Shown: positions 36,945-46,336, numbered from the stretch's first letter. The stretch is 47,905 nt of DNA from Anaerolineales bacterium (GCA_018263655.1 JAANWY010000149.1:1-47905), one strand, 5' to 3'. A program made the numbers and translations. The notes: generated by a model not told the origin, from the letters alone.

Positions 36945-37883
36945 GTGGACGATCAATTGACATCGACGGAGGGGCAATTGGTGGAACAGAAACCTGGTGC
37001 GGCTACGGCTGCGGACTCACGGGCGCGCGCAGTGCCCGCTGCTTCGCGGAGCGTGATCAGCGTGCCGGCGCTGCGCGACGCCGTCAAATACATTCTCGTG
37101 GTTGGCCTCGCGCTGGCCTGGATGGTGCCGATTCTGTGGATGATGGACACGGCGTTCAAGCCCAATCCCGAAATCTTCACCCTGCCGCCGCAGTGGATTC
37201 CGTCTCGCTTCACCCTGAAACATGTTCAAGATGTCATTCACGACTGGCCTTTCCTGCGTTGGGTCCTGAACAGTGTGATCATTGCTGGGTCTTCTACGAT
37301 TCTCTCACTGGTCCTTTCTGTTCCGGCGGCGTTCTCCTTCGCTCGTCTCCGTTGGAGGGGCAGGAATGTGATCTTCTTGATCTTCATCTCGTCCATGTTG
37401 ATCCCCTGGCAGGTCAATGCTGTTCCGCTGTACTTCATCATGAACAAGTTGGGTTTGCTTAATTCATACCCCTCCGTGGTATTGCCCATCGTAGCGATGC
37501 CGATTGGCATCTTCCTGTTGCGCCAGTTCTTTGTGAACATCCCCCGCGAGCTGGAGGATGCGGCCCGAATCGATGGCTGCAACAGCCTCGGGCTTCTTGT
37601 GCGTATCATTCTGCCGATTTCGAAGCCGGCGCTAGTGGCCTTGGGGATCTATCAGTTCATTTTCTCCTGGAACGAATTCTTCTGGTCGATGATCGCCCTG
37701 CAGCGGCCCCATCTTCTGACCCTGCCGATCGGCCTGAAGGCGTTGCAGGGGGCGTATGACATAAAATACGGACTGTTGCTGGCCGGCGCATTTCTCGCCT
37801 CCTTGCCCGTGTTGATCGTGTTCTTGATCCTCAGGCGCCGTGTGATCAGAGGCATGACGCTGACAGGCGGCATCAAAGGCTAG
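36945..37883 (+). CDS. Sugar ABC transporter permease (MalG/UgpE-like)
   Basis: Multi-TM with EDAARIDGCNSLGLLVRIILPISKP. Confidence 0.85.
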   Translation: MDDQLTSTEGQLVEQKPGAATAADSRARAVPAASRSVISVPALRDAVKYILVVGLALAWMVPILWMMDTAFKPNPEIFTLPPQWIPSRFTLKHVQDVIHDWPFLRWVLNSVIIAGSSTILSLVLSVPAAFSFARLRWRGRNVIFLIFISSMLIPWQVNAVPLYFIMNKLGLLNSYPSVVLPIVAMPIGIFLLRQFFVNIPRELEDAARIDGCNSLGLLVRIILPISKPALVALGIYQFIFSWNEFFWSMIALQRPHLLTLPIGLKALQGAYDIKYGLLLAGAFLASLPVLIVFLILRRRVIRGMTLTGGIKG

Positions 37884-38039
37884 GCCTCCTCTTCATCTCC
37901 AGCATCCAGCCGCTCCTTGTGGCGCTGGTAGGCGTCGAGGTGACCGAGCGGTGGCAGGGCGATCAGCGGTTGCTATTCGTGCTCAACCACACTGCTGCTG
38001 GGGCGCATTGCGGCCGCGCTGCCCGAGGCGCGGTTTCTG

Positions 38040-38345
38040 ATGATTCACATGGGCGGCGCCGGCACGCCAGCGCTGGATCGGTCCGCCGTCGAAACCGCCG
38101 CTGAGCACCCCAACATCACCCTGATCGGCAGCGCCATCGGCGAACGGGCGATCTTGAACGCCATCAAGATATTGGGTGCTGACCGCCTCTGCTTTGGCAG
38201 CGACACGCCCTTCTGTCTGATGCACGTCCGGCTGGCTATGTATCGGGCACTGCTGCGGGACTTCGATGAGGATGAACAGGCCAAGATCCTCGGTGGCAAC
38301 CTAGCACGTCTGCTAATGATTGAGAACCAAATAGCCTCCACATGA
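38040..38345 (+). pseudogene. C-terminal remnant of an amidohydrolase-2-type metal-dependent hydrolase
   Basis: ...ARFLMIHMGGAG...RLCFGSDTPF...ILGGNLARLL. The upstream frame is open only from 37944. A GH42-like C-terminal stub (VEVTERWQGDQRLLFVLNHT) sits in another frame at 37919-37990. Confidence 0.5.
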
Positions 38346-38499
38346 CCCCTGAATCGAAATTTTAAGGAACCTTAAAGGAAAGTGCATCAAAGCCCGAAAA
38401 CCACAATCTGTTGGGATCCCGCCGCTGCTTCACCCTACATATAGTGGTTGAGGTTCCAAAAACTCATCGGAGTCCTCGAAACGAATTTCGAAAAAGCTC

Positions 38500-38528
38500 T
38501 TGACAAACGAGCCGTAATCCACTATAAT
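38500..38528 (+). promoter_or_regulatory. Perfect consensus sigma-70 promoter (TTGACA-17-TATAAT)
   Basis: TTGACA 38500-38505, 17-nt spacer, TATAAT 38523-38528, in a locally AT-rich stretch. Confidence 0.7.
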
Positions 38529-38535
38529 GCTTTAT

Positions 38536-38827
38536 ACAGAAGTCCTGAGAAGCATGAGGAACTCTAACAGAGGAAGATAGCTGGAAGTGTCCTGAAGGTG
38601 GCAAGCGGTGGAAGCTCCTCGCCAGGGGGGTGGAAGCCGTGAGTTAGTGGAAAGGTAGTGGCCCCAGGTGGCGCTACTGAGGAAGCTAACGGGCCGAAAG
38701 CTCGGTCGAAGGGTTGAGCCGGTAGGTGAGCCAGGGTAAGGGAGCCCTCCCGTGCAAGCGAGAGGAGGAGTAGGCTATCGGAAACTGGGTGAGATATCCG
38801 AGGTTACTTGGGACTTCTGCTTTTTTG
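38536..38827 (+). ncRNA. Candidate ~290-nt structured non-coding RNA, family unassigned
   Basis: No ORF longer than 8 codons. A 13-bp helix pairs the 5' end (38537-38549 cagaagtcctgag) with the 3' end (38807-38819 cttgggacttctg, two G-U pairs), followed directly by T6 (38821-38826). About 10 GGA/GGAAG motifs. Further long-range complementarities at 38576-38581/38774-38779 and 38615-38622/38758-38767. Confidence 0.55.
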
Positions 38828-38885
38828 TGCAAGACGTCGCTCTCACTGGGCGGCGTTTCTGTTTGAAGGCGAAAACGACCCGCGT

Positions 38886-39896
38886 TCACTCCCTCCGCTT
38901 GCGCCACTGATCAAACATGATCGCCAGGATGATGACTGCGCCGATGGCGGCCGGCTGCCAGTAGGTGGGGAATCCCAGCAGATTGAGGCCCGTGCGGATC
39001 GTCTGCATCAGCGCTGCGCCGATGAGCACTCCCAGAATGGTCCCCTCGCCGCCGAACAGGCTCACACCCCCAATGACCACCGCAGCGATGATGTCCAACT
39101 CATAACCTGTCGCGGCCGTGGGGGCTGCTACACCCAGGCGCGCCGTCATCAGGATGCCGCCGACGCCTGTGAGAAGACCACTCGACGTGTAGACGAACAC
39201 CTTGACCCAGTCTGTGTCGATGCCCGATACCCGCGAGGCCTCCTCGTCACCACCGACGGCGTAGATGTGGCGCCCGCGCACCGTCCGGCTGAGGAACAAG
39301 GAGACCAGCACTGCCAGGACGACCATGACGATGACGGGCAGCGGAACTTGCCACAACCCCAAAGGTACGTCCAATTGCCCTAGCATGTTGAAGCCCTTGG
39401 GCAGTTTGCGTACCGGCCAGCCGCCGGTGGCGCCGAAGGTGATGCCTCGGGCGACGCTCATCGTGCCCAGCGTGGCGATGAAGGCCGGCAGGCGGAAGCG
39501 GGTCACCAAGAGCCCGTTCGCCATCCCGACGATACCGCCGGCGAGCAGCCCCCCCAGCACGGCGACCGGGACGGGAAAACCGTTGGTGAGCAGCAGCGCC
39601 GCGCCGAGTCCCGACAGGGCCATATTCGAGCCCACTGAGAGATCGATGCCGGCGGTGAGAATTACCAGCGTCTCGCCAAAGGCGGCGATAGCGATCCACG
39701 AGAAGGCCCGCAGCATATTGAAAACATTGGTGGAAGTCAAGAAGGTATCCGTCGCTACGCTGAGGAGCCCACACCAGAGCAGGAAAATGATCAGGATGCC
39801 GATTTCCTGCAGGCTGATGAGGTCCCACCAGCTAGACTCGTTTCGTCGACCCAGCGCTTGTGGGGCCGGCGTTGCTGCTCCGGCTCGATTACTCAT
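38886..39896 (-). CDS. Sugar ABC transporter permease (RbsC/AraH family)
   Basis: 336 aa, about 9-10 TM, with [14 protein letters not shown] and RVSGI motifs. Confidence 0.85.
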   Translation of the reverse strand: MSNRAGAATPAPQALGRRNESSWWDLISLQEIGILIIFLLWCGLLSVATDTFLTSTNVFNMLRAFSWIAIAAFGETLVILTAGIDLSVGSNMALSGLGAALLLTNGFPVPVAVLGGLLAGGIVGMANGLLVTRFRLPAFIATLGTMSVARGITFGATGGWPVRKLPKGFNMLGQLDVPLGLWQVPLPVIVMVVLAVLVSLFLSRTVRGRHIYAVGGDEEASRVSGIDTDWVKVFVYTSSGLLTGVGGILMTARLGVAAPTAATGYELDIIAAVVIGGVSLFGGEGTILGVLIGAALMQTIRTGLNLLGFPTYWQPAAIGAVIILAIMFDQWRKRRE

Positions 39897-39937
39897 TCAC
39901 GCACTCCGTATCAGTACTCTTGTTCATCTGTAAGCTT

Positions 39938-40222
39938 GTAAGCGTTCAGCCGCCCTTGCGAAGGTTAGGAGGAGCCTTGGCAAATCGCAGAGCCCGTTCG
40001 TAGTGAGGCACGTAACGCAGTGGAGTGCCGTCGTGGTACCGCAGGGCACCGGGACACCACTCCGGCTTCGCCGTAACGCAGTGGAGTGCCGTCGTGGTAC
40101 CGTAGGGCACCGGGACACCACTCCGGCTTCGCCGTAACGCAGTGGAGTGCCGTCGTGGTACCGTAGGGCACCGGGACACCACTCCGGCTTCGCCTCCGTG
40201 GCTGACTACGAACCTATGCAAA
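39938..40222. repeat. Composite repeat: truncated family-A terminus fused to a family-B element containing 3 x 61-nt tandem units
   Basis: GTAAGCGTTCAGCCGCCCTTGCGAAGGTT at 39938-39966. 61-nt units start at 40011, 40072 and 40133 (cgtaacgcagtggagtgccgtcgtggtaccg.agggcaccgggacaccactccggcttcgc). Ends CTGACTACGAAC. Confidence 0.85.
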
Positions 40223-40226
40223 GTGC

Positions 40227-40259
40227 GTCGACGAGGAGCGCGATTAGCTCCTCGTCGAC
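40227..40259 (-). terminator. Perfect 13-bp hairpin downstream of the binding-protein gene (no clear U-tract)
   Basis: gtcgacgaggagc gcgatta gctcctcgtcgac. Confidence 0.4.
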
Positions 40260-40321
40260 CCGCCCGTGTTGTCACTGAAGCGCCAACGCACCCCAGTTCA
40301 ACACCAAGCGTCGACTTACCC

Positions 40322-42355
40322 CTACGGGAAGGCCGGCGGCAGCGGCTGGGTGAAGTCCGACGTCTCCCAGGCCTCGATCATGGCATCTACGTTGTTGTCA
40401 GTGACGATGTCCATGCCGGAGTCTGTCCAGTCGTCGTATTCCGCACCCTCGACGATCTTGTCATAGATCATCTGTACCGTGTCGTAGCCCCAGCCCCAGT
40501 ACTTCTGACCCACCAGGCCGTGGAGCAACCCTTCCTTCTGGTACTCCAGCTCGACCGGCAGCGTGTCAAAGGCCACCGTCTTGAGCTGGCCAGACTCGGC
40601 GGCTTCCTCCCACAGCGGCATGGAGCCGCGGTCGGCGAAGAGCGGCCACAGCCCGACGAAGAACCAGCCGTCTAGGTCAGGATGGGCCTGCATGGTCTCC
40701 TCGACCACCTGGACGCCCTGGTTGATGTCGTCGTAGCACGCTACGGTGGCGACGATCTCGATGTCGGGGTAGTCAGCGACGCCATCCTCGAAACCGCGCA
40801 TGCGCTCCTCCAGGTTGAGGGCGCCGGGCACGCCGGTCAACATGGCCACTTTGCCGCTCTCACCCATAGCGCGCACCAGCAAGTCGGCAGCGGCCACGCC
40901 GCCATCGTAGTTGCTGACGCCCAGATACGTGAAGCGCTTGCTGTCGGGTGAGTCGGAGTCCCAAGTCATGACTTCGATGCCGGCTTCCACGGCCTTGTTG
41001 ATGGGATCAACGCAGCCGTCCGGGTCGTTGCACGACACGCCGATGGCATCCACGCCTCGGGCGATCATGTCCTCCATCACCCGCGCCTGTTCCGCTATGT
41101 CCGAGGCCACCGATCCGACATACTGCACGTCGACTTCGTACGGCCCTTGCGCGGTCAGCTCTTTGCCCTTGGCCAAGGAGCCGTCGCGACCCAGCTCAAA
41201 CACAGGATTGTTGAGCGCCTTAGGGATCCAGGCAATCGTGATCTTACCATCCTCCAGGGCCGGATGCATCGGCTTCTCTGCCTCAGGCTCGCCCCACTGA
41301 GCGACTTCGTCGGCCTCAGCTTCCCAACCCTCGACGCTCCACTCGTGGGGGATGCCCTTGGTGTCGAGGCCGGCCGCATAGTCCTTCAGGCTAGCTTGAG
41401 TGATGACGTCCACACCGGTGTCGATGATGCCGTCCTCCACACCCATGTCCGCGAAAGCCTTCTCTTGGCCCTCGTTCGCGATCTTTTGGATGATGTGGAC
41501 GGACTTGTAGCCCATATCGAACTCGCGCTGGGCGATGGTCGCATCGAGGACGCCTTCCTTGATGCCGTTGATGATGTCGGTGGTGGCGTCGAAGCAGACG
41601 ACCTTGATCTCGTCTACTTTGTTGGCCTCCTTGACGGCGGTTGCCCAGGCGGGACCGTTGTAGGCGTACACGCCAAAGGCGCCGGCCAAGTCCGGATTGG
41701 CGGACAGAACGGAGTTCGCCAGCCCGAGCGCGCGGGCAGCGTCCTCCTTGTCGTTCACTGGCTCCAAAGTCTCGATATCTGTGCCGCTGATGCCTTCCAG
41801 GAAGCCATCAGTGCGCTGCAGGGCGTTGAGAGCGGTATCAGAGCCGCGGCCAATGCCCGCCTTGCCGCCTCCCGGCAGCAAGCTGGCCATTGTCTCTCCC
41901 GCCACCTTACCCGCCGAGTAGTTGTCCGTGCCGATGTAGACTTGGGACACGGAGTCATCGACGGGCGGCGTGTCCAGCGTGGTGACGATGATGCCGGCCT
42001 CGTCGGCCTTCTTCATCACCGGCTCCAAGGCGTTGGGGTCCGACGGTGCGATAGCAATCCCCGTGACGCTCTGAGCAATGTAGGTTTCCATCGTCTCGAT
42101 CTGCTTCGCCACGTCCTCCGTGGGCGGGACGAAGAAAACGGCTTGATCGTCCGATAGACCGAGATCCCCGGCTGCAGCTCGCACACCCTTCTCTACGTTG
42201 CTCCAGTAGGGGTGCACCGATTTACCGATGACGACGACTCGGAACTCCTCGGGCGCCGCCTCCTCGGGCGCCGCCGGCGGTGCAGCCGGCTGTGCGCAGG
42301 CAGTTGCCAAACTGACGAACAGAACCACAAGCAGCAACAAACTTAGACGTTTCAT
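40322..42355 (-). CDS. Sugar ABC substrate-binding lipoprotein with two tandem type-I periplasmic-binding (RbsB-like) domains
   Basis: Lipobox LFVSLATAC. Domain 1 [20 protein letters not shown]...IAPSDP...TLDTP.... Domain 2 [21 protein letters not shown]...VSCNDP...TWDSD.... ATG at 42355 after GGAGGGAG. Confidence 0.8.
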   Translation of the reverse strand: MKRLSLLLLVVLFVSLATACAQPAAPPAAPEEAAPEEFRVVVIGKSVHPYWSNVEKGVRAAAGDLGLSDDQAVFFVPPTEDVAKQIETMETYIAQSVTGIAIAPSDPNALEPVMKKADEAGIIVTTLDTPPVDDSVSQVYIGTDNYSAGKVAGETMASLLPGGGKAGIGRGSDTALNALQRTDGFLEGISGTDIETLEPVNDKEDAARALGLANSVLSANPDLAGAFGVYAYNGPAWATAVKEANKVDEIKVVCFDATTDIINGIKEGVLDATIAQREFDMGYKSVHIIQKIANEGQEKAFADMGVEDGIIDTGVDVITQASLKDYAAGLDTKGIPHEWSVEGWEAEADEVAQWGEPEAEKPMHPALEDGKITIAWIPKALNNPVFELGRDGSLAKGKELTAQGPYEVDVQYVGSVASDIAEQARVMEDMIARGVDAIGVSCNDPDGCVDPINKAVEAGIEVMTWDSDSPDSKRFTYLGVSNYDGGVAAADLLVRAMGESGKVAMLTGVPGALNLEERMRGFEDGVADYPDIEIVATVACYDDINQGVQVVEETMQAHPDLDGWFFVGLWPLFADRGSMPLWEEAAESGQLKTVAFDTLPVELEYQKEGLLHGLVGQKYWGWGYDTVQMIYDKIVEGAEYDDWTDSGMDIVTDNNVDAMIEAWETSDFTQPLPPAFP

Positions 42356-42461
42356 TTTACTCTCCCTCCGTTGTTGAGAGTTACTATGGGCCAATGACGG
42401 CCCAATCTTCACTGATTTGTCGCGTCTAGGTTATGTCTCTCCAACCAGTCTGTCTCAGCAA

Positions 42462-43256
42462 TCACCTCCTCCCGTTTCCGGTATCTTCGGCGAAGTCATC
42501 TCGAGCGCCGACCATATAGGCCACAGCTTCCTCGCGGAACTCGTGAATATCGCCCGTGATGGGCCGGTCAGCCACTCTGCGCCCGTGGCGCAGAACCATT
42601 ACCCGGTCACCCACTGCATGGATGTCTTCCAGGCGGTGGCTGATCATAATGATGGCTACGCCTTGTGCTTTGAGCTCTTCGATCAGGTCCAGCACCTGGC
42701 CGATGGCGGCCACACTGAGGGCGGCCGTGGGCTCGTCCATGATGATGATCTTGGCGTCGAAAGCCGTCGCGCGGCCAATGGCCACTGACTGGCGCTGACC
42801 ACCGGATAGGTTCTCCACCTTCAGGCGCACAGAATCTATGTCAATCTTCAGGCGGTCCATCAACTGTCTGGATCGATCTTCCATGCGGCGCTTGTTCATC
42901 ACGCGGATGGGGCCAAGCTGCCAGCGCACGATTTCCTGTCCCAGAAACACGTTGCCGGCTACGTCCAGGTTGTTCGCCAGGGCAAAGTCCTGGTACACCA
43001 TCTCGATGCCCAGCCGGCGGGAATCTTCAGGTCCTTCAATGCGTACCCGCTTGTCGTCGATGAAAATCTCACCTTGGTCCGGAATGTACGCTCCACTGAG
43101 AACCTTCATGAGCGTGGATTTGCCGGCCGCGTTGTCACCAACCAGGCCCAGCACCTCGTTGTGTTGCAGCGCCAGATCGACCCCGCGCAGCGCCCGAACG
43201 GCGCCGAAACTCTTCTTGATGTTTCGCATTTCGACAATGGGTGTGTTGTCTACCAT
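42462..43256 (-). CDS. Sugar ABC transporter ATP-binding protein (single NBD, FrcA-like)
   Basis: Walker [28 protein letters not shown] at 43256 preferred. Confidence 0.85.
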   Translation of the reverse strand: MVDNTPIVEMRNIKKSFGAVRALRGVDLALQHNEVLGLVGDNAAGKSTLMKVLSGAYIPDQGEIFIDDKRVRIEGPEDSRRLGIEMVYQDFALANNLDVAGNVFLGQEIVRWQLGPIRVMNKRRMEDRSRQLMDRLKIDIDSVRLKVENLSGGQRQSVAIGRATAFDAKIIIMDEPTAALSVAAIGQVLDLIEELKAQGVAIIMISHRLEDIHAVGDRVMVLRHGRRVADRPITGDIHEFREEAVAYMVGARDDFAEDTGNGRR

Positions 43257-43270
43257 AAGACACCCCACTG

Positions 43271-43471
43271 CTCGCCGAGGTCTCCTGACCAAGGCGTATA
43301 CGGGCTCTTGTTATCACGCTCGCCGAAGGTCTCTTGACCAAGGCGTATACGGGCTCTTGTTATCACGCTCGCCGAAGGTCTCCTGACCAAGGCGTATACG
43401 GGCTCTTGTTATCACGCTCGCCGAGGTCTCCTGACCAAGGCGTATAGGGGCTCGGTCGGGAGACCTTCGCC
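43271..43471. repeat. Tandem array of 4 x 48-49 nt derived from the left arm of the family-D hairpin
   Basis: Units start at 43271, 43319, 43368 and 43417 (ctcgccga(a)ggtctcctgaccaaggcgtatacgggctcttgttatcacg). Only the last unit carries the complementary arm ctcggtcgggagacc. Confidence 0.85.
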
Positions 43472-43525
43472 CAGCATTGTAACAACGCCCAGCATTGTAA
43501 CAACGCTCAGCATTGTAACAAGTCG
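43472..43525. repeat. 3 x 18-nt tandem repeat (cagcattgtaacaacgcc)
   Basis: Units start at 43472, 43490 and 43508. Confidence 0.85.
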
Positions 43526-43537
43526 TTAGTGCGCCCC

Positions 43538-44551
43538 TTACTGACGGCGGCGCCACGTGTCGTAGGTGACGGCAATCACTAACACAACACCGAGTACGAC
43601 GTCCTGCAGATACGACGATAGATTCACCAGCACCATGCCGTTAATCATGACGCCCATGATGGCGGCCCCCAAGATCGCTCCCAACACGGTCCCCTGACCC
43701 CCAAATAGGCTGGTGCCGCCGATCACTGTGGCGGCGATAGCCCACAACTCGTAGCCGCTACCCACGGTCGGCGTCCCCTGCCCGAGGCGCGAGGCCCACA
43801 GAATGCCGACCAAGCCGGCCATCGTCCCGCTGCCGACGTAGCTGAAGATGCGTACGCGATCTACATTGACGCCCGATACCCGCGCAGCTTCAATGTTGCC
43901 ACCGACGGCATAGATGTGGCGCCCCAACGTCGTCGAAGTGAGGATGAAGAAAGCCACGACGGCCACAACGACCAGAGTGACAAACATGATGGGAATTTGA
44001 AAGATTTCGCCTTGGCCCAGGGTGAGAAACGGGAAATCTGAGGGGAAAACGATGGGGTAGCCACGCGTGACGAAAGCTGCCGCGCCGCGCGCTATCAGCC
44101 AGGTGCCCAGGGTGATGATGAACGGTGGGATGCCGAGCTTCGTGACGCACAGCCCGTGCCAAGAGCCCACCAGGCCGGCGACAATCAGAACAATAACGAT
44201 TGAAGGCGCGATGCCAAGTGGTGAGAGGGAGAGGAAGCCGATACCCTTCATCATGAGCGTCGCAACCAGCACACCGGTCAATGCCGTCATCGAGCCAACC
44301 GAGAGGTCAATCCCCCCGGTGATGATCACCAGCACCTCGCCGATGGCCAGGAGACCGAACGTCGCTACAAAGCGCATGATGACGGCGAGATTGGCCGGCT
44401 TTAGGAAAACGTTAGGGTTTCGCCACCAGAAGAACAAGCACAATGCCAGAAAGGCCATAATGATGCTCGCCTCGCGGAACCGGAGGATGGCGGACAACGT
44501 TCTGCTGCTCCATCCGGTCGATTCGCGGGGCTGGGCTGCGGTAGTTGCCAT
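43538..44551 (-). CDS. Sugar ABC transporter permease (RbsC/AraH family), second paralog
   Basis: 337 aa. [20 protein letters not shown]. Confidence 0.85.
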   Translation of the reverse strand: MATTAAQPRESTGWSSRTLSAILRFREASIIMAFLALCLFFWWRNPNVFLKPANLAVIMRFVATFGLLAIGEVLVIITGGIDLSVGSMTALTGVLVATLMMKGIGFLSLSPLGIAPSIVIVLIVAGLVGSWHGLCVTKLGIPPFIITLGTWLIARGAAAFVTRGYPIVFPSDFPFLTLGQGEIFQIPIMFVTLVVVAVVAFFILTSTTLGRHIYAVGGNIEAARVSGVNVDRVRIFSYVGSGTMAGLVGILWASRLGQGTPTVGSGYELWAIAATVIGGTSLFGGQGTVLGAILGAAIMGVMINGMVLVNLSSYLQDVVLGVVLVIAVTYDTWRRRQ

Positions 44552-44749
44552 TTGTTGACCTCGCTTCTTGACCTGCCTGATTGATTCAGACGATGCTCCG
44601 AATGCCTGCGGTGAGCCCGACTGTCCGTGGTGTGCGAGACGTGCGAAAGCGTGCCACTATTACTATACACCTTGGACAGACAGTTGTCAATGCACCGCGC
44701 TGGTAAGCGACCGCTAAGTAGCCTCAACAAATATCTTGATAAGCTGGGC

Positions 44750-44796
44750 GAGGTCTCCCGACCGATGCCCCCTCTGCGTCTCGGTCGGGAGACCTT
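44750..44796. repeat. Family-D hairpin copy
   Basis: gaggtctcccgaccga ... tcggtcgggagacctt. Confidence 0.7.
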
Positions 44797-44877
44797 CGAC
44801 GAGCATAGGCCGGCCAGCATGCTGAGTAGTGGGCGTATCGAAGCGTGCTGGCCGCACAACAAGCACACAAATGCACA

Positions 44878-46098
44878 TTACAAACGGTCGTCTGGGCCGT
44901 GCCAGAGAGATTGTTCATCACCCCAATGCCAGTCTGGCAGCGACAGATCCACTGCTAGGCGATCCCAGCCGGCCCCAATTCGCTCCTGCACTGTTGACCA
45001 GCTCGGCACCCCGCTCACGGCGTCCACCCCCTCCACACCGCATGCTCCAACGGCCACGGCGGCCGTCATGGCACCGACCGGTGACAACCCTTTAACCACG
45101 CCGGCCAGGAATCCGGCCACCGTGCAGTCGCCGGCCCCCGTCGTCCCGCTGACGTCCACCTGAAAACACGGGGCCAGAAGTTCCCGATCCAGCCACTGCT
45201 CCACCGCTTGGGGGCAGCATGGGCCTATGTCGGCCAACCGATTAGGGTCATTCGTTGTACGCAGGTAGGCTCCTTGCTCGCCCAGCTTCAAGACGACGAT
45301 GGCCGCTCCCAATTGCAGTAATCGATCCGATACCTCACCGAGCAGAGAACCATCTGCCCCTGGTACGACATCGGCCGGACCATGATGCTCTTGCATCCGC
45401 TCGAAGCGCTCACGATCCAACATGAACATGATTTCGTCGAAACTGGGCAGAAACACATCGACCTGGGGCAGCGCACGCTCCAGCAGAGCCGGCCAAGCCG
45501 CTCGGCCGGCTTCAGATTCTGGATCTGGTTTTGACATATCCAGCGACGTCGTGACGCCGCGTTCTTTCACGCGGCCAAGTAGCGCTGCCAGTTCTCGGCC
45601 TTCGTCAATGTACATCCGGCGCATGAGGGGCGGATAGCCGAAATGGAACAAGCATGCGCCATCCAACTGCTCGTACACGACGTCATCCGCACCGAACGTG
45701 TCATTCGGCCCCGGGTAGTGAAAGAAGATCCGATCCACGCCGGGGGGGTTGATCACGACTGTATACGAACTGTGTTCGCCCGCTGAGACGATCATGCCAT
45801 CCGCCAGCGTGGGTTCATGCTGGCGCAACGTGTCCAGGATTGCACGTCCCACCAAGTCGTCGCCCACTTTACCCATCAGGCGAGTCCGTATGCCGAGCCG
45901 ATGCAGAGCCAGACCGGCGTTCGGCACCGCGCCGCCTGTCGCCGTCACGGCCGGCCCGACTTCAAGGAGCTGCCCCGGTACGAAGAGGGCTTCAACTCCT
46001 TCTTCCCGGCCGGCAAACGTCGGGATGAAGTCCAGGCAGGTGTGGCCGGCTACGACTACTTCTGAATGTTCCTTCTGCACACTGATCCTTCCCATCAC
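44878..46098 (-). CDS. PfkB-family carbohydrate kinase (longer than typical, with a C-terminal extension)
   Basis: VVVAGHTCLDFIP..., GGAVPNAG, and C-terminal DVSGTTGAGDCTVAGFLAG (the PfkB signature). Confidence 0.8.
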   Translation of the reverse strand: MMGRISVQKEHSEVVVAGHTCLDFIPTFAGREEGVEALFVPGQLLEVGPAVTATGGAVPNAGLALHRLGIRTRLMGKVGDDLVGRAILDTLRQHEPTLADGMIVSAGEHSSYTVVINPPGVDRIFFHYPGPNDTFGADDVVYEQLDGACLFHFGYPPLMRRMYIDEGRELAALLGRVKERGVTTSLDMSKPDPESEAGRAAWPALLERALPQVDVFLPSFDEIMFMLDRERFERMQEHHGPADVVPGADGSLLGEVSDRLLQLGAAIVVLKLGEQGAYLRTTNDPNRLADIGPCCPQAVEQWLDRELLAPCFQVDVSGTTGAGDCTVAGFLAGVVKGLSPVGAMTAAVAVGACGVEGVDAVSGVPSWSTVQERIGAGWDRLAVDLSLPDWHWGDEQSLWHGPDDRL

Positions 46099-46204
46099 CC
46101 TTCATCTTGAAGGAAACCAGGTTTTTTCATCACTGAGTCAATCTGATCAGTAACCGTCCTTCGCCTACTTACGTCGCCGCTGAGAGGGTTGTCAAAAACC
46201 TGGT

Positions 46205-46336
46205 GTAACCGTTCAGGTAGTGGGACCCTTGCGAAGGTTTGCCAAGCGCATTCGGGTTGAGGTGCCCCTCACCAGTCGAAAATCGGCCTCTTGCCACGGT
46301 TATTCTAAACCTTCGCAAGGGTAGCTGAACGCTTAC
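46205..46336 (+). repeat. Family-A element, copy A3
   Basis: GTAACCGTTCAGGTAGTGGGACCCTTGCGAAGGTT...AACCTTCGCAAGGGTAGCTGAACGCTTAC. Same orientation as A2. Confidence 0.85.

Noticed and set aside
38536-38827. Assigning the candidate RNA to RNase P, tmRNA, SRP RNA, 6S RNA or a riboswitch
   Set aside because: The hallmark strings are absent: GAGGAAAGUCC/ACAGAA..CCGGCUUA for RNase P, a tRNA-like 3' end for tmRNA, and the B12 box. The segment GUCCUGAAGGUGGCAAGC only loosely resembles the [20 protein letters not shown] and breaks its conserved positions. The length is too great for a typical 6S RNA. The family is left unassigned.
39946-40275. ORFs translating the family-A/B repeats (e.g. 39946-40275, 39965-40171, 373-558, 24405-24587, 20628-20816, 6751-7086, 46169-46387)
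   Set aside because: The same pseudo-peptides (…PCEGLPIAF…, …HSTALR…VVSHGGEA…) recur wherever the repeat occurs, in either orientation and regardless of frame context. They are read-throughs of palindromic repeats, not genes.
40142-42157. Plus-strand ORFs (40142-40675, 41147-42157 and others) opposite the two-domain binding protein
   Set aside because: These are shadow ORFs in high-GC coding DNA. The minus-strand frame has a lipobox and two PBP-type domains.
43271-43525. Possible CRISPR array (regular 48-49-nt and 18-nt periodicity); likewise 40011-40193
   Set aside because: The units are contiguous, with no unique spacers between them, and no cas genes are nearby. These are simple tandem duplications of repeat-family sequence.
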